NCBI GenBank assembly: GCA_002421985.1
Contig: DISF01000043.1
Span: forward strand, 4,462-68,461
Origin: Roseovarius sp. UBA6217
GTDB taxonomy: Bacteria > Pseudomonadota > Alphaproteobacteria > Rhodobacterales > Rhodobacteraceae
Length of the DNA stretch: 64,000 nt
Direction: 5' to 3'
The position numbers and the translations under genes were made by a program. Shown here piece by piece: positions 1 through 8,696 of the stretch. How positions within the stretch are numbered: position 1 is the stretch's first letter; every line of letters begins with the position of its first letter. The notes beneath the pieces are model-generated. The model was not told the origin of the DNA. It did not search any database and saw only the letters and a program-made list of their open reading frames with translations.

Positions 1-2
1 GC

Positions 3-389
3 GTGACCCGCGCCGAGGATGCCGCGGCGCTGGAAAAGGAGGGCGTCGATGCGATCTGGATATCCAATCACGCGGGCCGTCAGTTCGACGCCGCCCCCGC
101 CACCATAGAGGCGCTGCCCGGCGTGCGCGCGGCGACGCGCCTGCCGGTGATCCTTGATGGCGGGATCGAGGGCGGTCTTGATATCCTGCGCGCCGTGGCC
201 CTTGGCGCGGATTTCGTGATGATGGGGCGCGGCTGGCATTACGCGCTGGGCGCGCTGGGGGTCCGTGGCCCCGCCCATCTGGCCGATATCCTGGCCGAGG
301 ACCTCAAGGCCAATATGGGCCAGCTTGGCCTGCACCGGGTGACCGACGCGCCAAGCCGCCTGAGCGGCCTGCCCGTTTCATCTCCTTAA
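3..389 (+). CDS. FMN-dependent alpha-hydroxy acid oxidase / L-lactate dehydrogenase family, C-terminal part (5' end outside window)
   Basis: ISNHAGRQ, LDGGI and MMGRGW motifs typical of the glycolate oxidase/LldD family. Confidence 0.85.
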   Translation: MTRAEDAAALEKEGVDAIWISNHAGRQFDAAPATIEALPGVRAATRLPVILDGGIEGGLDILRAVALGADFVMMGRGWHYALGALGVRGPAHLADILAEDLKANMGQLGLHRVTDAPSRLSGLPVSSP

Positions 390-405
390 CGAAAGGAAAA
401 CCACC

Positions 406-834
406 ATGCCCACATTGACAGATATTCGCGGGATCGGCCCCGCCCTTGCCAAGGCGCTCGAAACCCTGGGGATCACCAGCCCCGACTTGCTGGCCCGCGC
501 CGATCCGTCGGCGCTGACCGCCCTGCGCGGCATCTCGCCGGGGCGCGCGCAGAGTTTCATCGCCGCCGCATCGGCGCTGAGCGCGTCCGAACCCGCCTCC
601 GCACCGGCACCTGCACCCGACCCCGCACCGGACCCCCAAGCGACACAGAACGGCGCCCCCGCCGAGACGGCGGGCGAGGCCAAGGCTGAAAAGACGAAAA
701 AGAAGAGCACGGCAAAGGCAGCCGCCAAGGACAAGGTCAAGGCGAAGAAAAAAGGCAAAGCCAAGGATAAAACCAAGGGCAAGGGAAAGGCCAAAGCCAC
801 GAAAAAGAAGAAAACCGCCAAATCCTCCGGGTGA
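406..834 (+). CDS. Helix-hairpin-helix domain protein with Pro/Ala linker and Lys-rich C-terminal tail
   Basis: N-terminal LTDIRGIGPALAKAL HhH motif and second GIS copy; GGAAA RBS-like sequence before ATG; tail made mostly of K/A/G. Confidence 0.75.
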   Translation: MPTLTDIRGIGPALAKALETLGITSPDLLARADPSALTALRGISPGRAQSFIAAASALSASEPASAPAPAPDPAPDPQATQNGAPAETAGEAKAEKTKKKSTAKAAAKDKVKAKKKGKAKDKTKGKGKAKATKKKKTAKSSG

Positions 835-865
835 GCGCCCGCGCCGGCCAGGCCTGCTCAGCCTG

Positions 866-889
866 CGGGGCGGGAATTTCCCCGCCCCG
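866..889 (+). terminator. GC-rich hairpin downstream of the HhH gene
   Basis: CGGGGCGGG-aatttc-CCCGCCCCG perfect 9-bp stem; no clear U-tract. Confidence 0.4.
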
Positions 890-985
890 GCGGAATGCTG
901 CATTGCGCAAACCTTTCGCAAATCTTACAAGATGCCAGCGCCGCAGCGCGGCAAAGGACCACAGACCATCGGGGGGAGAGCGCCC

Positions 986-3900
986 ATGGCCGAATTCCGG
1001 AAAATCCTCATCGCCAATCGCGGCGAGATCGCCATTCGCGTGATGCGCGCGGCCAATGAGCTGGGCAAGCGCACCGTCGCCGTATTTGCCGAAGAGGACA
1101 AGCTGTCGCTGCACCGCTTCAAGGCCGACGAGGCCTATCGCATCGGCGAGGGGCTGGGGCCGGTGGCGGCCTACCTGTCGATCGAGGAGATCATCCGCGT
1201 GGCGAGGCTTTCGGGCGCGGACGCGATCCATCCCGGTTATGGCTTGCTCAGCGAAAACCCCGATTTCGTCGATGCCTGCACGGCGGCGGGGATTACCTTC
1301 ATCGGCCCCAAGGCGGAAACCATGCGCGCGCTTGGCGACAAGGCCAGCGCGCGGCGCGTGGCCATCGAGGCGGGCGTGCCGGTCATCCCCGCCACCGAGG
1401 TGCTGGGCGACGACATGGACAAGGTCCGCGCCGAGGCCGAGGCGGTGGGCTATCCACTGATGCTCAAGGCAAGCTGGGGCGGCGGCGGGCGCGGGATGCG
1501 CCCTATCCTTGATCCGTCAGAGCTGACGGAAAAGGTGCTGGAGGGCCGCCGCGAGGCCGAGGCCGCATTCGGCAATGGCGAGGGTTATCTGGAAAAGATG
1601 ATCGAGCGCGCGCGCCATGTCGAGGTCCAGATCCTCGGCGACAGCCACGGCAACATGTATCACCTGTTTGAGCGCGATTGCTCGGTGCAGCGCCGCAATC
1701 AAAAGGTCGTCGAGCGCGCCCCCGCCCCCTATCTTTCGGAGGCGCAGCGCGAGGAAATCTGCGAGCTTGGTTACCGCATCTGCAAGCATGTGAATTACGA
1801 ATGCGCCGGCACCGTCGAGTTCCTGATGGATATGGACAGCGGCAAGTTCTACTTCATCGAGGTCAACCCCCGCGTGCAGGTCGAACACACCGTGACCGAG
1901 GAGGTCACCGGCATCGACATCGTGCAGGCGCAGATCAGGATCGCCGAGGGCAAGACCCTGGCAGAGGCCACCGGCAAGGCCAGCCAATCCGACATCACGC
2001 TGAACGGTCACGCGCTGCAAACGCGGATCACCACCGAGGATCCGCTGAATAATTTCATCCCCGATTACGGCCGCATCACCGCCTATCGCAGCGCCACCGG
2101 CATGGGCATTCGCCTTGACGGCGGCACCGCCTATTCGGGCGGCGTCATCACGCGCTATTATGACAGCCTGCTGACCAAGGTCACCGCCCACGCCCAGACG
2201 CCTGAGGCCGCGATTGCCCGGATGGACCGCGCCCTGCGCGAGTTCCGCATTCGCGGGGTGTCAACCAATATCGCCTTTGTCGAGAACCTGCTCAAGCACC
2301 CGACATTCCTCAACAACCAGTATACCACCAAGTTCATCGACACGACGCCCGAGTTGTTCAAGTTCTCCAGGCGGCGCGACCGGGGCACCAAGGTGCTGAC
2401 CTATATCGCCGACATCACCGTGAACGGCCACCCCGAGACGGTGGGCCGCGCGAAACCGGCGGATGTGAAGCCGCCGCGCCCGCCCCGGTCGCTGGCCGAT
2501 CCGGCCCCCGGCACCAAGACGCTGCTGGAGGCGCAAGGCGCCAGGGCCGTGGCCGACTGGATGCTGGCGCAAAACCGCCTGCTTGTGACCGACACCACCA
2601 TGCGCGACGGGCATCAATCGCTTCTGGCCACGCGGATGCGCTCGATCGACATGATCCGCGTGGCCCCCGCCTATGCCGCCAACCTGCCGGGCCTTTTCAG
2701 CGTGGAATGCTGGGGCGGGGCGACGTTCGATGTGGCCTATCGGTTCTTGCAGGAATGCCCGTGGCAGCGCCTGCGCGATCTGCGCGCCGCCATGCCCAAC
2801 CTGCTGACGCAGATGCTTTTGCGCGCCTCCAACGGCGTGGGCTATACCAACTACCCCGACAACGTGGTGCAGGAATTCGTGCGTCAGGCCGCCGAGACGG
2901 GCGTCGATGTGTTTCGCGTGTTCGACAGCCTCAACTGGGTCGAGAACATGCGCGTCGCGATGGATGCGGTGATCGACACTGGCAAGATCTGCGAGGGCAC
3001 GATCTGCTATACCGGCGATATCCTTGACCCCGACCGCGCCAAGTATGACCTGAAATATTACGTTGGCATGGCGCGTGACTTGCAGGCGGCGGGCGCGCAT
3101 GTCCTGGGCCTCAAGGACATGGCAGGGCTGTTGAAACCGGCCTCGGCCAGCGTTCTGGTCAAGGCCTTGAAAGAAGAATTGGATATCCCCGTCCATTTCC
3201 ACACCCATGACACCAGCGGCATTGCCGGGGCCACCATCCTTGCCGCCGCTGAGGCAGGCGTTGATGCGGTCGATGCCGCGATGGATGCCTTCTCGGGCGG
3301 CACCTCGCAGCCCTGCCTTGGCTCTATCGTTTCCGCCCTGCGCCACACGCCGCGCGACACGGGCCTGCCCATCGAGCGTATCCGCGAGATTTCCAACTAC
3401 TGGGAACATGTGCGCGCGCAATATGTGGCGTTTGAATCGGGCCTTCAGGCCCCCGCCTCCGAGGTCTATCTGCACGAGATGCCCGGCGGGCAGTTCACCA
3501 ACCTCAAGGCGCAGGCGCGCGCTCTTGGCCTGGAGGAAAAATGGCCCGAGGTGGCGCGCACCTATGCGGATGTGAACCAGATGTTCGGCGATATCGTCAA
3601 GGTCACGCCATCGTCCAAGGTGGTGGGCGACATGGCGCTGATGATGGTGAGCCAGGGCCTCAGCCGCGCCGATGTCGAAGACCCGGCGCGCGACGTGGCC
3701 TTTCCCGATAGCGTGATCGACATGATGCGCGGCAACCTTGGCCAGCCGCCGGGCGGCTTTCCCGAGGGGATCGTGAAAAAGGTGCTCAAGGATGAGCAGC
3801 CCAATACCGAGCGCCCCGGCCTGCACCTGGCCCCCGTCGATATCGAGGCCACGCAGCGCGATGTGGTGGCCCAGCTTGACGGCAAGGAGATCGACCGCGA

Positions 3901-4423
3901 GGATCTGAACGGATACCTGATGTATCCCAAGGTCTTTCTCGATTACATGGGCCGTCACCGCCAATATGGCCCGGTGCGCACCCTGCCCACGCGCACCTTC
4001 TTTTACGGGATGGAACCGGGCGAGGAAATCAGCGTCGAGATCGACCCCGGCAAGATCCTTGAAATCCGCCTGCAAACCCTGGGCGAGACCAGTGAGGACG
4101 GCGAGGTCAAGGTGTTCTTCGAGCTCAACGGCCAGCCCCGCGTGATCCGCGTCCCGAACCGTCTGGTGAAATCCACCGCCGCCAGCCGCCCCAAGGCCGA
4201 GCCGGGCAACCCTGGCCATATCGGCGCGCCCATGCCCGGCGTGGTGGCCAGCGTCGCGGTGCAGGCAGGCCAAAGCGTCAAGACCGGCGACATGCTGCTG
4301 ACCATCGAGGCGATGAAGATGGAAACAGGCATCCATGCCGAGCGCGATGCGGTGGTCCGGGCTGTGCATGTCACACCGGGCGGGCAGATCGACGCCAAGG
4401 ATCTGCTTGTAGAGCTGGAGTAG
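986..4423 (+). CDS. pyc: Pyruvate carboxylase
   Basis: Biotin carboxylase (ANRGEIA, GGGGRGMR), carboxyltransferase (RDGHQSL, HFHTHDT) and biotin-attachment EAMKM motifs; GGGAGAG RBS before ATG 986. Confidence 0.97.
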   Translation: MAEFRKILIANRGEIAIRVMRAANELGKRTVAVFAEEDKLSLHRFKADEAYRIGEGLGPVAAYLSIEEIIRVARLSGADAIHPGYGLLSENPDFVDACTAAGITFIGPKAETMRALGDKASARRVAIEAGVPVIPATEVLGDDMDKVRAEAEAVGYPLMLKASWGGGGRGMRPILDPSELTEKVLEGRREAEAAFGNGEGYLEKMIERARHVEVQILGDSHGNMYHLFERDCSVQRRNQKVVERAPAPYLSEAQREEICELGYRICKHVNYECAGTVEFLMDMDSGKFYFIEVNPRVQVEHTVTEEVTGIDIVQAQIRIAEGKTLAEATGKASQSDITLNGHALQTRITTEDPLNNFIPDYGRITAYRSATGMGIRLDGGTAYSGGVITRYYDSLLTKVTAHAQTPEAAIARMDRALREFRIRGVSTNIAFVENLLKHPTFLNNQYTTKFIDTTPELFKFSRRRDRGTKVLTYIADITVNGHPETVGRAKPADVKPPRPPRSLADPAPGTKTLLEAQGARAVADWMLAQNRLLVTDTTMRDGHQSLLATRMRSIDMIRVAPAYAANLPGLFSVECWGGATFDVAYRFLQECPWQRLRDLRAAMPNLLTQMLLRASNGVGYTNYPDNVVQEFVRQAAETGVDVFRVFDSLNWVENMRVAMDAVIDTGKICEGTICYTGDILDPDRAKYDLKYYVGMARDLQAAGAHVLGLKDMAGLLKPASASVLVKALKEELDIPVHFHTHDTSGIAGATILAAAEAGVDAVDAAMDAFSGGTSQPCLGSIVSALRHTPRDTGLPIERIREISNYWEHVRAQYVAFESGLQAPASEVYLHEMPGGQFTNLKAQARALGLEEKWPEVARTYADVNQMFGDIVKVTPSSKVVGDMALMMVSQGLSRADVEDPARDVAFPDSVIDMMRGNLGQPPGGFPEGIVKKVLKDEQPNTERPGLHLAPVDIEATQRDVVAQLDGKEIDREDLNGYLMYPKVFLDYMGRHRQYGPVRTLPTRTFFYGMEPGEEISVEIDPGKILEIRLQTLGETSEDGEVKVFFELNGQPRVIRVPNRLVKSTAASRPKAEPGNPGHIGAPMPGVVASVAVQAGQSVKTGDMLLTIEAMKMETGIHAERDAVVRAVHVTPGGQIDAKDLLVELE

Positions 4424-4432
4424 CGGCACCCC

Positions 4433-4499
4433 GTCATCCTCCGGCCTGACCGGTAATCTCCCGAAGGCCAGAGACCCCCGGATCGCGTCCGAGGGTGAC
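4433..4499. repeat. Degenerate REP-like palindromic element (GTCATCCTC...GAGGGTGAC)
   Basis: Terminal 9-mers are reverse complements with one G-T mismatch; resembles GTCATCCYC/GAGGATGAC palindromes recalled from alphaproteobacteria. Confidence 0.5.
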
Positions 4500-4507
4500 A
4501 GGGCACG

Positions 4508-4690
4508 CGGGGCGCGGCGGGCGGCAGTCCGGTTGCGATCTTCAAAAGCCCCTGCCGACAGATGCCGTTGGCCTTGGGCCATCAGGATCCGAGCCTCTCC
4601 ATCGACGAGCCGGGGGCTTGCGGGCTTTTGCTGCCGGGCGATACCGGCGTGATCGTCCACAGCGTCGATTTCACCCCGCCCCCGACCGGC
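4508..4690 (+). pseudogene. 3' remnant of a CpdA/Icc-like metallophosphoesterase
   Basis: Frame reads PVAIFKSPCRQMPLALGHQDPSLSIDEPGACGLLLPGDTGVIVHSVDF, like the C-terminus of roseobacter cyclic-nucleotide phosphodiesterases; metal-binding N-terminal region absent. Confidence 0.5.
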
Positions 4691-4788
4691 GCCGCGATTT
4701 GTCCCCGAGCGTGGCCCCGTAAAACACCGGGTTTGCGACCGGCCCCGCCCGCATCCGAAATTTCTCTCGCCTCGGGGCGATTTTCCTC

Positions 4789-4817
4789 TTGCAGCCCGCG
4801 CCGTGGCTTTGTATCTC
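4789..4817 (+). promoter_or_regulatory. Sigma70-type promoter for tRNA-Gly
   Basis: TTGCAG-17 nt-TATCTC, 17 nt upstream of the tRNA 5' end. Confidence 0.55.
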
Positions 4818-4834
4818 CCGCCTCACCCAAGGAC

Positions 4835-4909
4835 GCGGGCGTAGCTCAGGGGTAGAGCATTACCTTGCCAAGGTAAGGGTCGAGAGTTCGAATCTCTTCG
4901 CCCGCTCCA
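4835..4909 (+). tRNA. tRNA-Gly (anticodon GCC)
   Basis: Cloverleaf GCGGGCG/CGCCCGC acceptor, TTACC-TTGCCAA-GGTAA anticodon arm, TTCGAAT T-loop, encoded CCA. Confidence 0.97.
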
Positions 4910-4957
4910 ATTTACACTGGCCTTGTCGAATGATGGCGCAGTGAAACCGGGTGAACG

Positions 4958-4987
4958 AGAGGGCCGCAATCGCGGCCCTTTTCGTTT
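4958..4987 (+). terminator. Rho-independent terminator after tRNA-Gly
   Basis: AGGGCCGC-aatc-GCGGCCCT followed by TTTCGTTT. Confidence 0.75.
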
Positions 4988-5026
4988 GCGTGGCCCCTTG
5001 CGGGGCCATCCGGCAGACCTGACGGA

Positions 5027-6232
5027 TCAGATGCGCTTGGCCGCAGGCAGGCGCAGCAAGAGCGGGCCGTAGATCACCGCAAACCCGCCAAAACCCGCGA
5101 TCCACCCCAGCCCCGCCACCATATGCAGCGGCCCGGACAGCGCAGGCCAGACCCCGGCCGCGACGCGTGCCAGCACCGCCACCACCAGCGCCAGATAGAT
5201 CGCGACCGTGCCCGGCCCCGCCGTCAGCACCTGCCCGGTATGGCCCAGCGTCGCCCGCGTCATCACCGCCAGCGTCATCAGCCCGATCGCGCCCGCCATC
5301 CACAGATGCTGCGCCCCCGCCATGCCAAACGTCCCCGGCACAAGGATTTCCACCGCCAGCGCCAGCGCCCCCAGCGGAACAAAGCCATAGCCCGCGTGCA
5401 GCACCGTGACCAGCGGCTCGGCTCCTGTCCGGTGCCCCGCCCAGCGCGCCAGCCGAATCACGTGCAGCACGCCCGCCAGCGCCAGCGCCACGCCGGTCAG
5501 CACCGAAGACGGGACCGCAACCCAGAGCGCCAGCGCCAGAAGCAATGCCAGCAGCGCCACCTTGTCGAACCCCTGCATCGGCGGCGCGGGCAAGACCTTG
5601 CCGCGCCGTTTCACAAGCCAGTTGCGGGTGAAGGACGGCACCACCCGCCCGCCGATCACCGCGATCATCATGACGCCTGCGCCAAGGCCCAGCCGCAGCC
5701 CGACCCCTTGCGCGGCGTAATCGCCCCGTGCTGCCTCCCAGTGGAACAGCGCGTTGCCGAGGATGAGCGCGCCCAGCATCGCCAGCACGATCAGGTTGCG
5801 CCAGTTCCGGCCCGCGATGATCTCGCGCGCGAGGGCGGCGGCAAAGACCACCGGAAAGGCCAGATCGACCACGGCGACCACACCCGCAGGCAACCCGCCC
5901 GAGACCGCGACCACCACGCGCCCGGCCAGCCACAGACAGGCCAGCCCGCCCAGCCGCCAGCCGACAATGGGCAGCCGCCCCGTCCAGTTCGGCACCGCCG
6001 TCAGCAGGAACCCCGCCACCACCGCGCCCAGATAGCCAAACAGGAATTCATGCGCGTGCCAGCTTGCCGGATCAAACGCCGATGCCAGGCCCGCCCCCCC
6101 CGACAGCATCGCCAGCCACAGCCCCATCGCCAGCGCCGCCCAGACCGCCGCGCCGAAAAAGAACGGACGGAACCCGAAGCTCAGGATCGCCGGGCCGGTC
6201 CAGGCGCGCATCTTTTCCGAGGTTGTGCTCAT
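5027..6232 (-). CDS. nnrS: NnrS family membrane protein (nitrosative stress)
   Basis: GFRPFF, WHAHE.LFG, GFLLTAVPNWTG and MTRATLGHTG motifs; about 12 hydrophobic segments. Confidence 0.92.
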   Translation of the reverse strand: MSTTSEKMRAWTGPAILSFGFRPFFFGAAVWAALAMGLWLAMLSGGAGLASAFDPASWHAHEFLFGYLGAVVAGFLLTAVPNWTGRLPIVGWRLGGLACLWLAGRVVVAVSGGLPAGVVAVVDLAFPVVFAAALAREIIAGRNWRNLIVLAMLGALILGNALFHWEAARGDYAAQGVGLRLGLGAGVMMIAVIGGRVVPSFTRNWLVKRRGKVLPAPPMQGFDKVALLALLLALALWVAVPSSVLTGVALALAGVLHVIRLARWAGHRTGAEPLVTVLHAGYGFVPLGALALAVEILVPGTFGMAGAQHLWMAGAIGLMTLAVMTRATLGHTGQVLTAGPGTVAIYLALVVAVLARVAAGVWPALSGPLHMVAGLGWIAGFGGFAVIYGPLLLRLPAAKRI

Positions 6233-6253
6233 GATCGGTGTTCCTTTGCCCTC

Positions 6254-7168
6254 TCAGGCCGTCGCCGCCCGCGCGATCCGGCGATAGCCGGCCGTGCCAT
6301 GATAGAATCCGTTGCTGAACTCCGTGCCCTCGCAGAGCGCGGCAAGGCGCGCATCGCCCTCGGTCACCGATGACAGCCGCCCCTCCAGCAGGTCGCGGAA
6401 AACCTCCGCCACCGCCACCATGTCCACCACCTGCGGCATGAGCCGCAGATGGGTCACCCCGTCGGCCACAAGGCGGGGGGTTTCGGGCAGCAGATCGACA
6501 TAGCTCTCGGATTGGGTCTGGATGCCGTTCACCCGCAGGATCGGCGCATCGTCGCGGGTGCGCAGCGGCATCCCGTCGGGATCACTCTCGCAGACGAACT
6601 GGCAGTTATCCTTGGTCCGCCCATGGGCGCGGGCGTGGTAACAGCGCGCCGAGACGGCGAGCGACGCGCGCCCGAACACCTGCACCTCGACCCCCAGCCC
6701 CAGGTCGCGCGCCGCAGCGGCGGCAATGGCAATCGCCTCGCCCGGCAATTCGGCGGGCAGGCAGATATGGGTGGCCCCCTGCCCCGCCATCCAGGCAATC
6801 GTCGCCTCGTTATAGGCATTCATGAACGGGCCGATACGGTGCGGGCGGGACCCGCGCGCATAAAGCCCCGCCGCGTTGTTGATCTCGATCTCGGGCGCGT
6901 CCATCGCCGCCAGATCGGCGGTCGCCTTGCGCTCGCGCCTGAGCATCACCTCCGCGAGCGTCGAGACGATCACCCGCTTGCCCGCGCGTTCCAGCCGCGC
7001 GATGGTCTGCGGCAGGTCGGGTTCGTGAAAGGGCGCGCGCTTGGAGCAGATCACCTCGCCAAGATAGACCTCGTCCACCGGGGCCTCGTCGGCGATGCGG
7101 GCATAGAAATCGCGGCGCGTCTCGGCAGACCAGTGACAGGCGATCGGCCCCAGCGTCAGTTTCGTCAT
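6254..7168 (-). CDS. ubiV: U32 family protein UbiV, O2-independent ubiquinone biosynthesis
   Basis: LTLGP..W, YLGEVICSKR, SARCYHAR and DNCQFVC Fe-S cysteines; follows ubiU. Confidence 0.88.
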   Translation of the reverse strand: MTKLTLGPIACHWSAETRRDFYARIADEAPVDEVYLGEVICSKRAPFHEPDLPQTIARLERAGKRVIVSTLAEVMLRRERKATADLAAMDAPEIEINNAAGLYARGSRPHRIGPFMNAYNEATIAWMAGQGATHICLPAELPGEAIAIAAAAARDLGLGVEVQVFGRASLAVSARCYHARAHGRTKDNCQFVCESDPDGMPLRTRDDAPILRVNGIQTQSESYVDLLPETPRLVADGVTHLRLMPQVVDMVAVAEVFRDLLEGRLSSVTEGDARLAALCEGTEFSNGFYHGTAGYRRIARAATA

Positions 7169-7173
7169 TGTAA

Positions 7174-8172
7174 TCACCGCCATTTCTTGGTCTCGAACGC
7201 GCCCTGCGTCTGTTTCTGCCCCTCGGTCAGCGCGACCAGATCGGCGATATTGGCCTCGCGCCCCGCGCGGATATCATCGACCGCCTGCCGGAACGCCCGG
7301 ACCACGCCCCGCACATAGGACTTCGACCGCTGCCGCCCCTCGATCTTGAAGGCATGAACGCCCGCCTCGATCAACTCGGGCAGCAGGCGCGACAGGTTGA
7401 GGCTCACCGGTTCCTCGAAGGCGTAATAGCCCTCGGGCCGGTGCGGCGCGGTGTAGCGGCCCTTGCAGATCGTGGGATAGCCCGCCTTCTCCTCCGGGCC
7501 GAAACAGTCGATGGTAAATCCCGCCAGCCGCGACGACATCGAGCCATCGGCGTGGCGGGCATAGTCCACCTGCTCGGCGGGCGAACAGACACCATCCATA
7601 TTGGTGGACTGGCCGGTGAGGTAATTCGTCAGGCTGCACCGCCCCTCGACCATCAGGCCGTGATTGCCAAAGATGAAGGTCTCGATCTCGCAGGGAATCT
7701 CGCCCCGGATCTGGCGGATTTCGGGGATCGTCAGGATGCGCGGCAGCACCACGCGCTTCACCCCGAAGCTCTCGCAATAATAGCGGATCGCCTCGGGCGA
7801 GGAGGCGGCGGCCTGCACCGACAGGTGCAGGCGCATCTGCGGATGGGTGCGCGCGATGTAATCGGCCACCCCCATATCGGCCACGATAAAGGCATCGACC
7901 CCCAGCCGCGCGCCGGTATCGGCGGCGTGGCGCCACAGATCCACCTTGCCCGCGGGCGGATAGGTGTTGAGCGCCAAGAGCACCTTGGTGGCGCGCGCAT
8001 GGGCATAGGCCACCGCCTCGGCCAGCTCATCGGGGGTGAAATTCAGCCCCGGAAAATTGCGCGCATTGGTGGCATCCTGAAAGCCGCAATAAACGGCATC
8101 GGCCCCGGCATCGACGGCGGTGCGCAGGGCGGCGGGCGTGCCCGCAGGGCAGATCAGTTCGGCAAGGCTCAT
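7174..8172 (-). CDS. ubiU: U32 family protein UbiU, O2-independent ubiquinone biosynthesis
   Basis: ELICPAG, TNARNFPGLNF, EGRCSL, GVCSP, YPTICKGR, FKIEGRQRS motifs. Confidence 0.9.
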   Translation of the reverse strand: MSLAELICPAGTPAALRTAVDAGADAVYCGFQDATNARNFPGLNFTPDELAEAVAYAHARATKVLLALNTYPPAGKVDLWRHAADTGARLGVDAFIVADMGVADYIARTHPQMRLHLSVQAAASSPEAIRYYCESFGVKRVVLPRILTIPEIRQIRGEIPCEIETFIFGNHGLMVEGRCSLTNYLTGQSTNMDGVCSPAEQVDYARHADGSMSSRLAGFTIDCFGPEEKAGYPTICKGRYTAPHRPEGYYAFEEPVSLNLSRLLPELIEAGVHAFKIEGRQRSKSYVRGVVRAFRQAVDDIRAGREANIADLVALTEGQKQTQGAFETKKWR

Positions 8173-8696
8173 GCGGTTTTCCGTTCGTAATCATGGCTAT
8201 AGGCGCGCCGGAGCCGCGCAAGCACCGCCCGGCCCGGCACCCCGAACATGGCGGCGGCTTCCTCGGCGATGGAGCCGTCAACATCATCAAGCGCGTTGCG
8301 CAGGCGCACCACCGCCTCGGTGTCGCCGCTTACCTCCAGATCGCGCGAAAAGAACGCGGCATCGCCGTCTTCCTCGGAATCCATCAACTCCAGCAGCAGC
8401 AGGAACCGCCCCCGGATCACCGCCCCCGCGCGCGGCGCAGCATCGCGCGGCACGGCGCGAAAGATGAGCGCGGCAGGGTCGGGCCGCAGGTGCAGCGCAA
8501 AAGGCAGATCGACCGGGTCGATCAGGAAATCGGTGCGCTGATGCGGCCCCAGCCGCGCGAAAAGCTGCGGATGGCGCGCCGCGATCCGGCGCACCGTGCG
8601 CGACAGAAGCGGCTGAACCACGCCGCAGGCCAGCCGCGCAATCACGCCGCTGCCGGGCACTCGGATCGGGGGGGCGGTATCGGTGCCGGGGGTCAT
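8169..8696 (-). CDS. ubiT: SCP2 lipid-carrier domain protein UbiT
   Basis: DGDAAFFSRDLEVSGDTEAVVRLRNALD matches UbiT/YhbT core; overlaps ubiU start by 4 nt. Confidence 0.85.
   Translation of the reverse strand: MTPGTDTAPPIRVPGSGVIARLACGVVQPLLSRTVRRIAARHPQLFARLGPHQRTDFLIDPVDLPFALHLRPDPAALIFRAVPRDAAPRAGAVIRGRFLLLLELMDSEEDGDAAFFSRDLEVSGDTEAVVRLRNALDDVDGSIAEEAAAMFGVPGRAVLARLRRAYSHDYERKTA

Noticed and set aside
2261-4660. Long antisense ORFs in the track (e.g. 2261-4660, 9532-11067, 16281-18419, 29387-31429, 37399-39300, 44882-47641, 60340-62280)
   Set aside because: They mirror well-supported genes on the opposite strand; stop-poor shadow frames are expected in high-GC DNA, and I recognised no motifs in them.
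4835-4909. tRNA-Gly and tRNA-Leu as integration sites
   Set aside because: No integrase next to either tRNA and no duplicated tRNA 3' end seen in the window.
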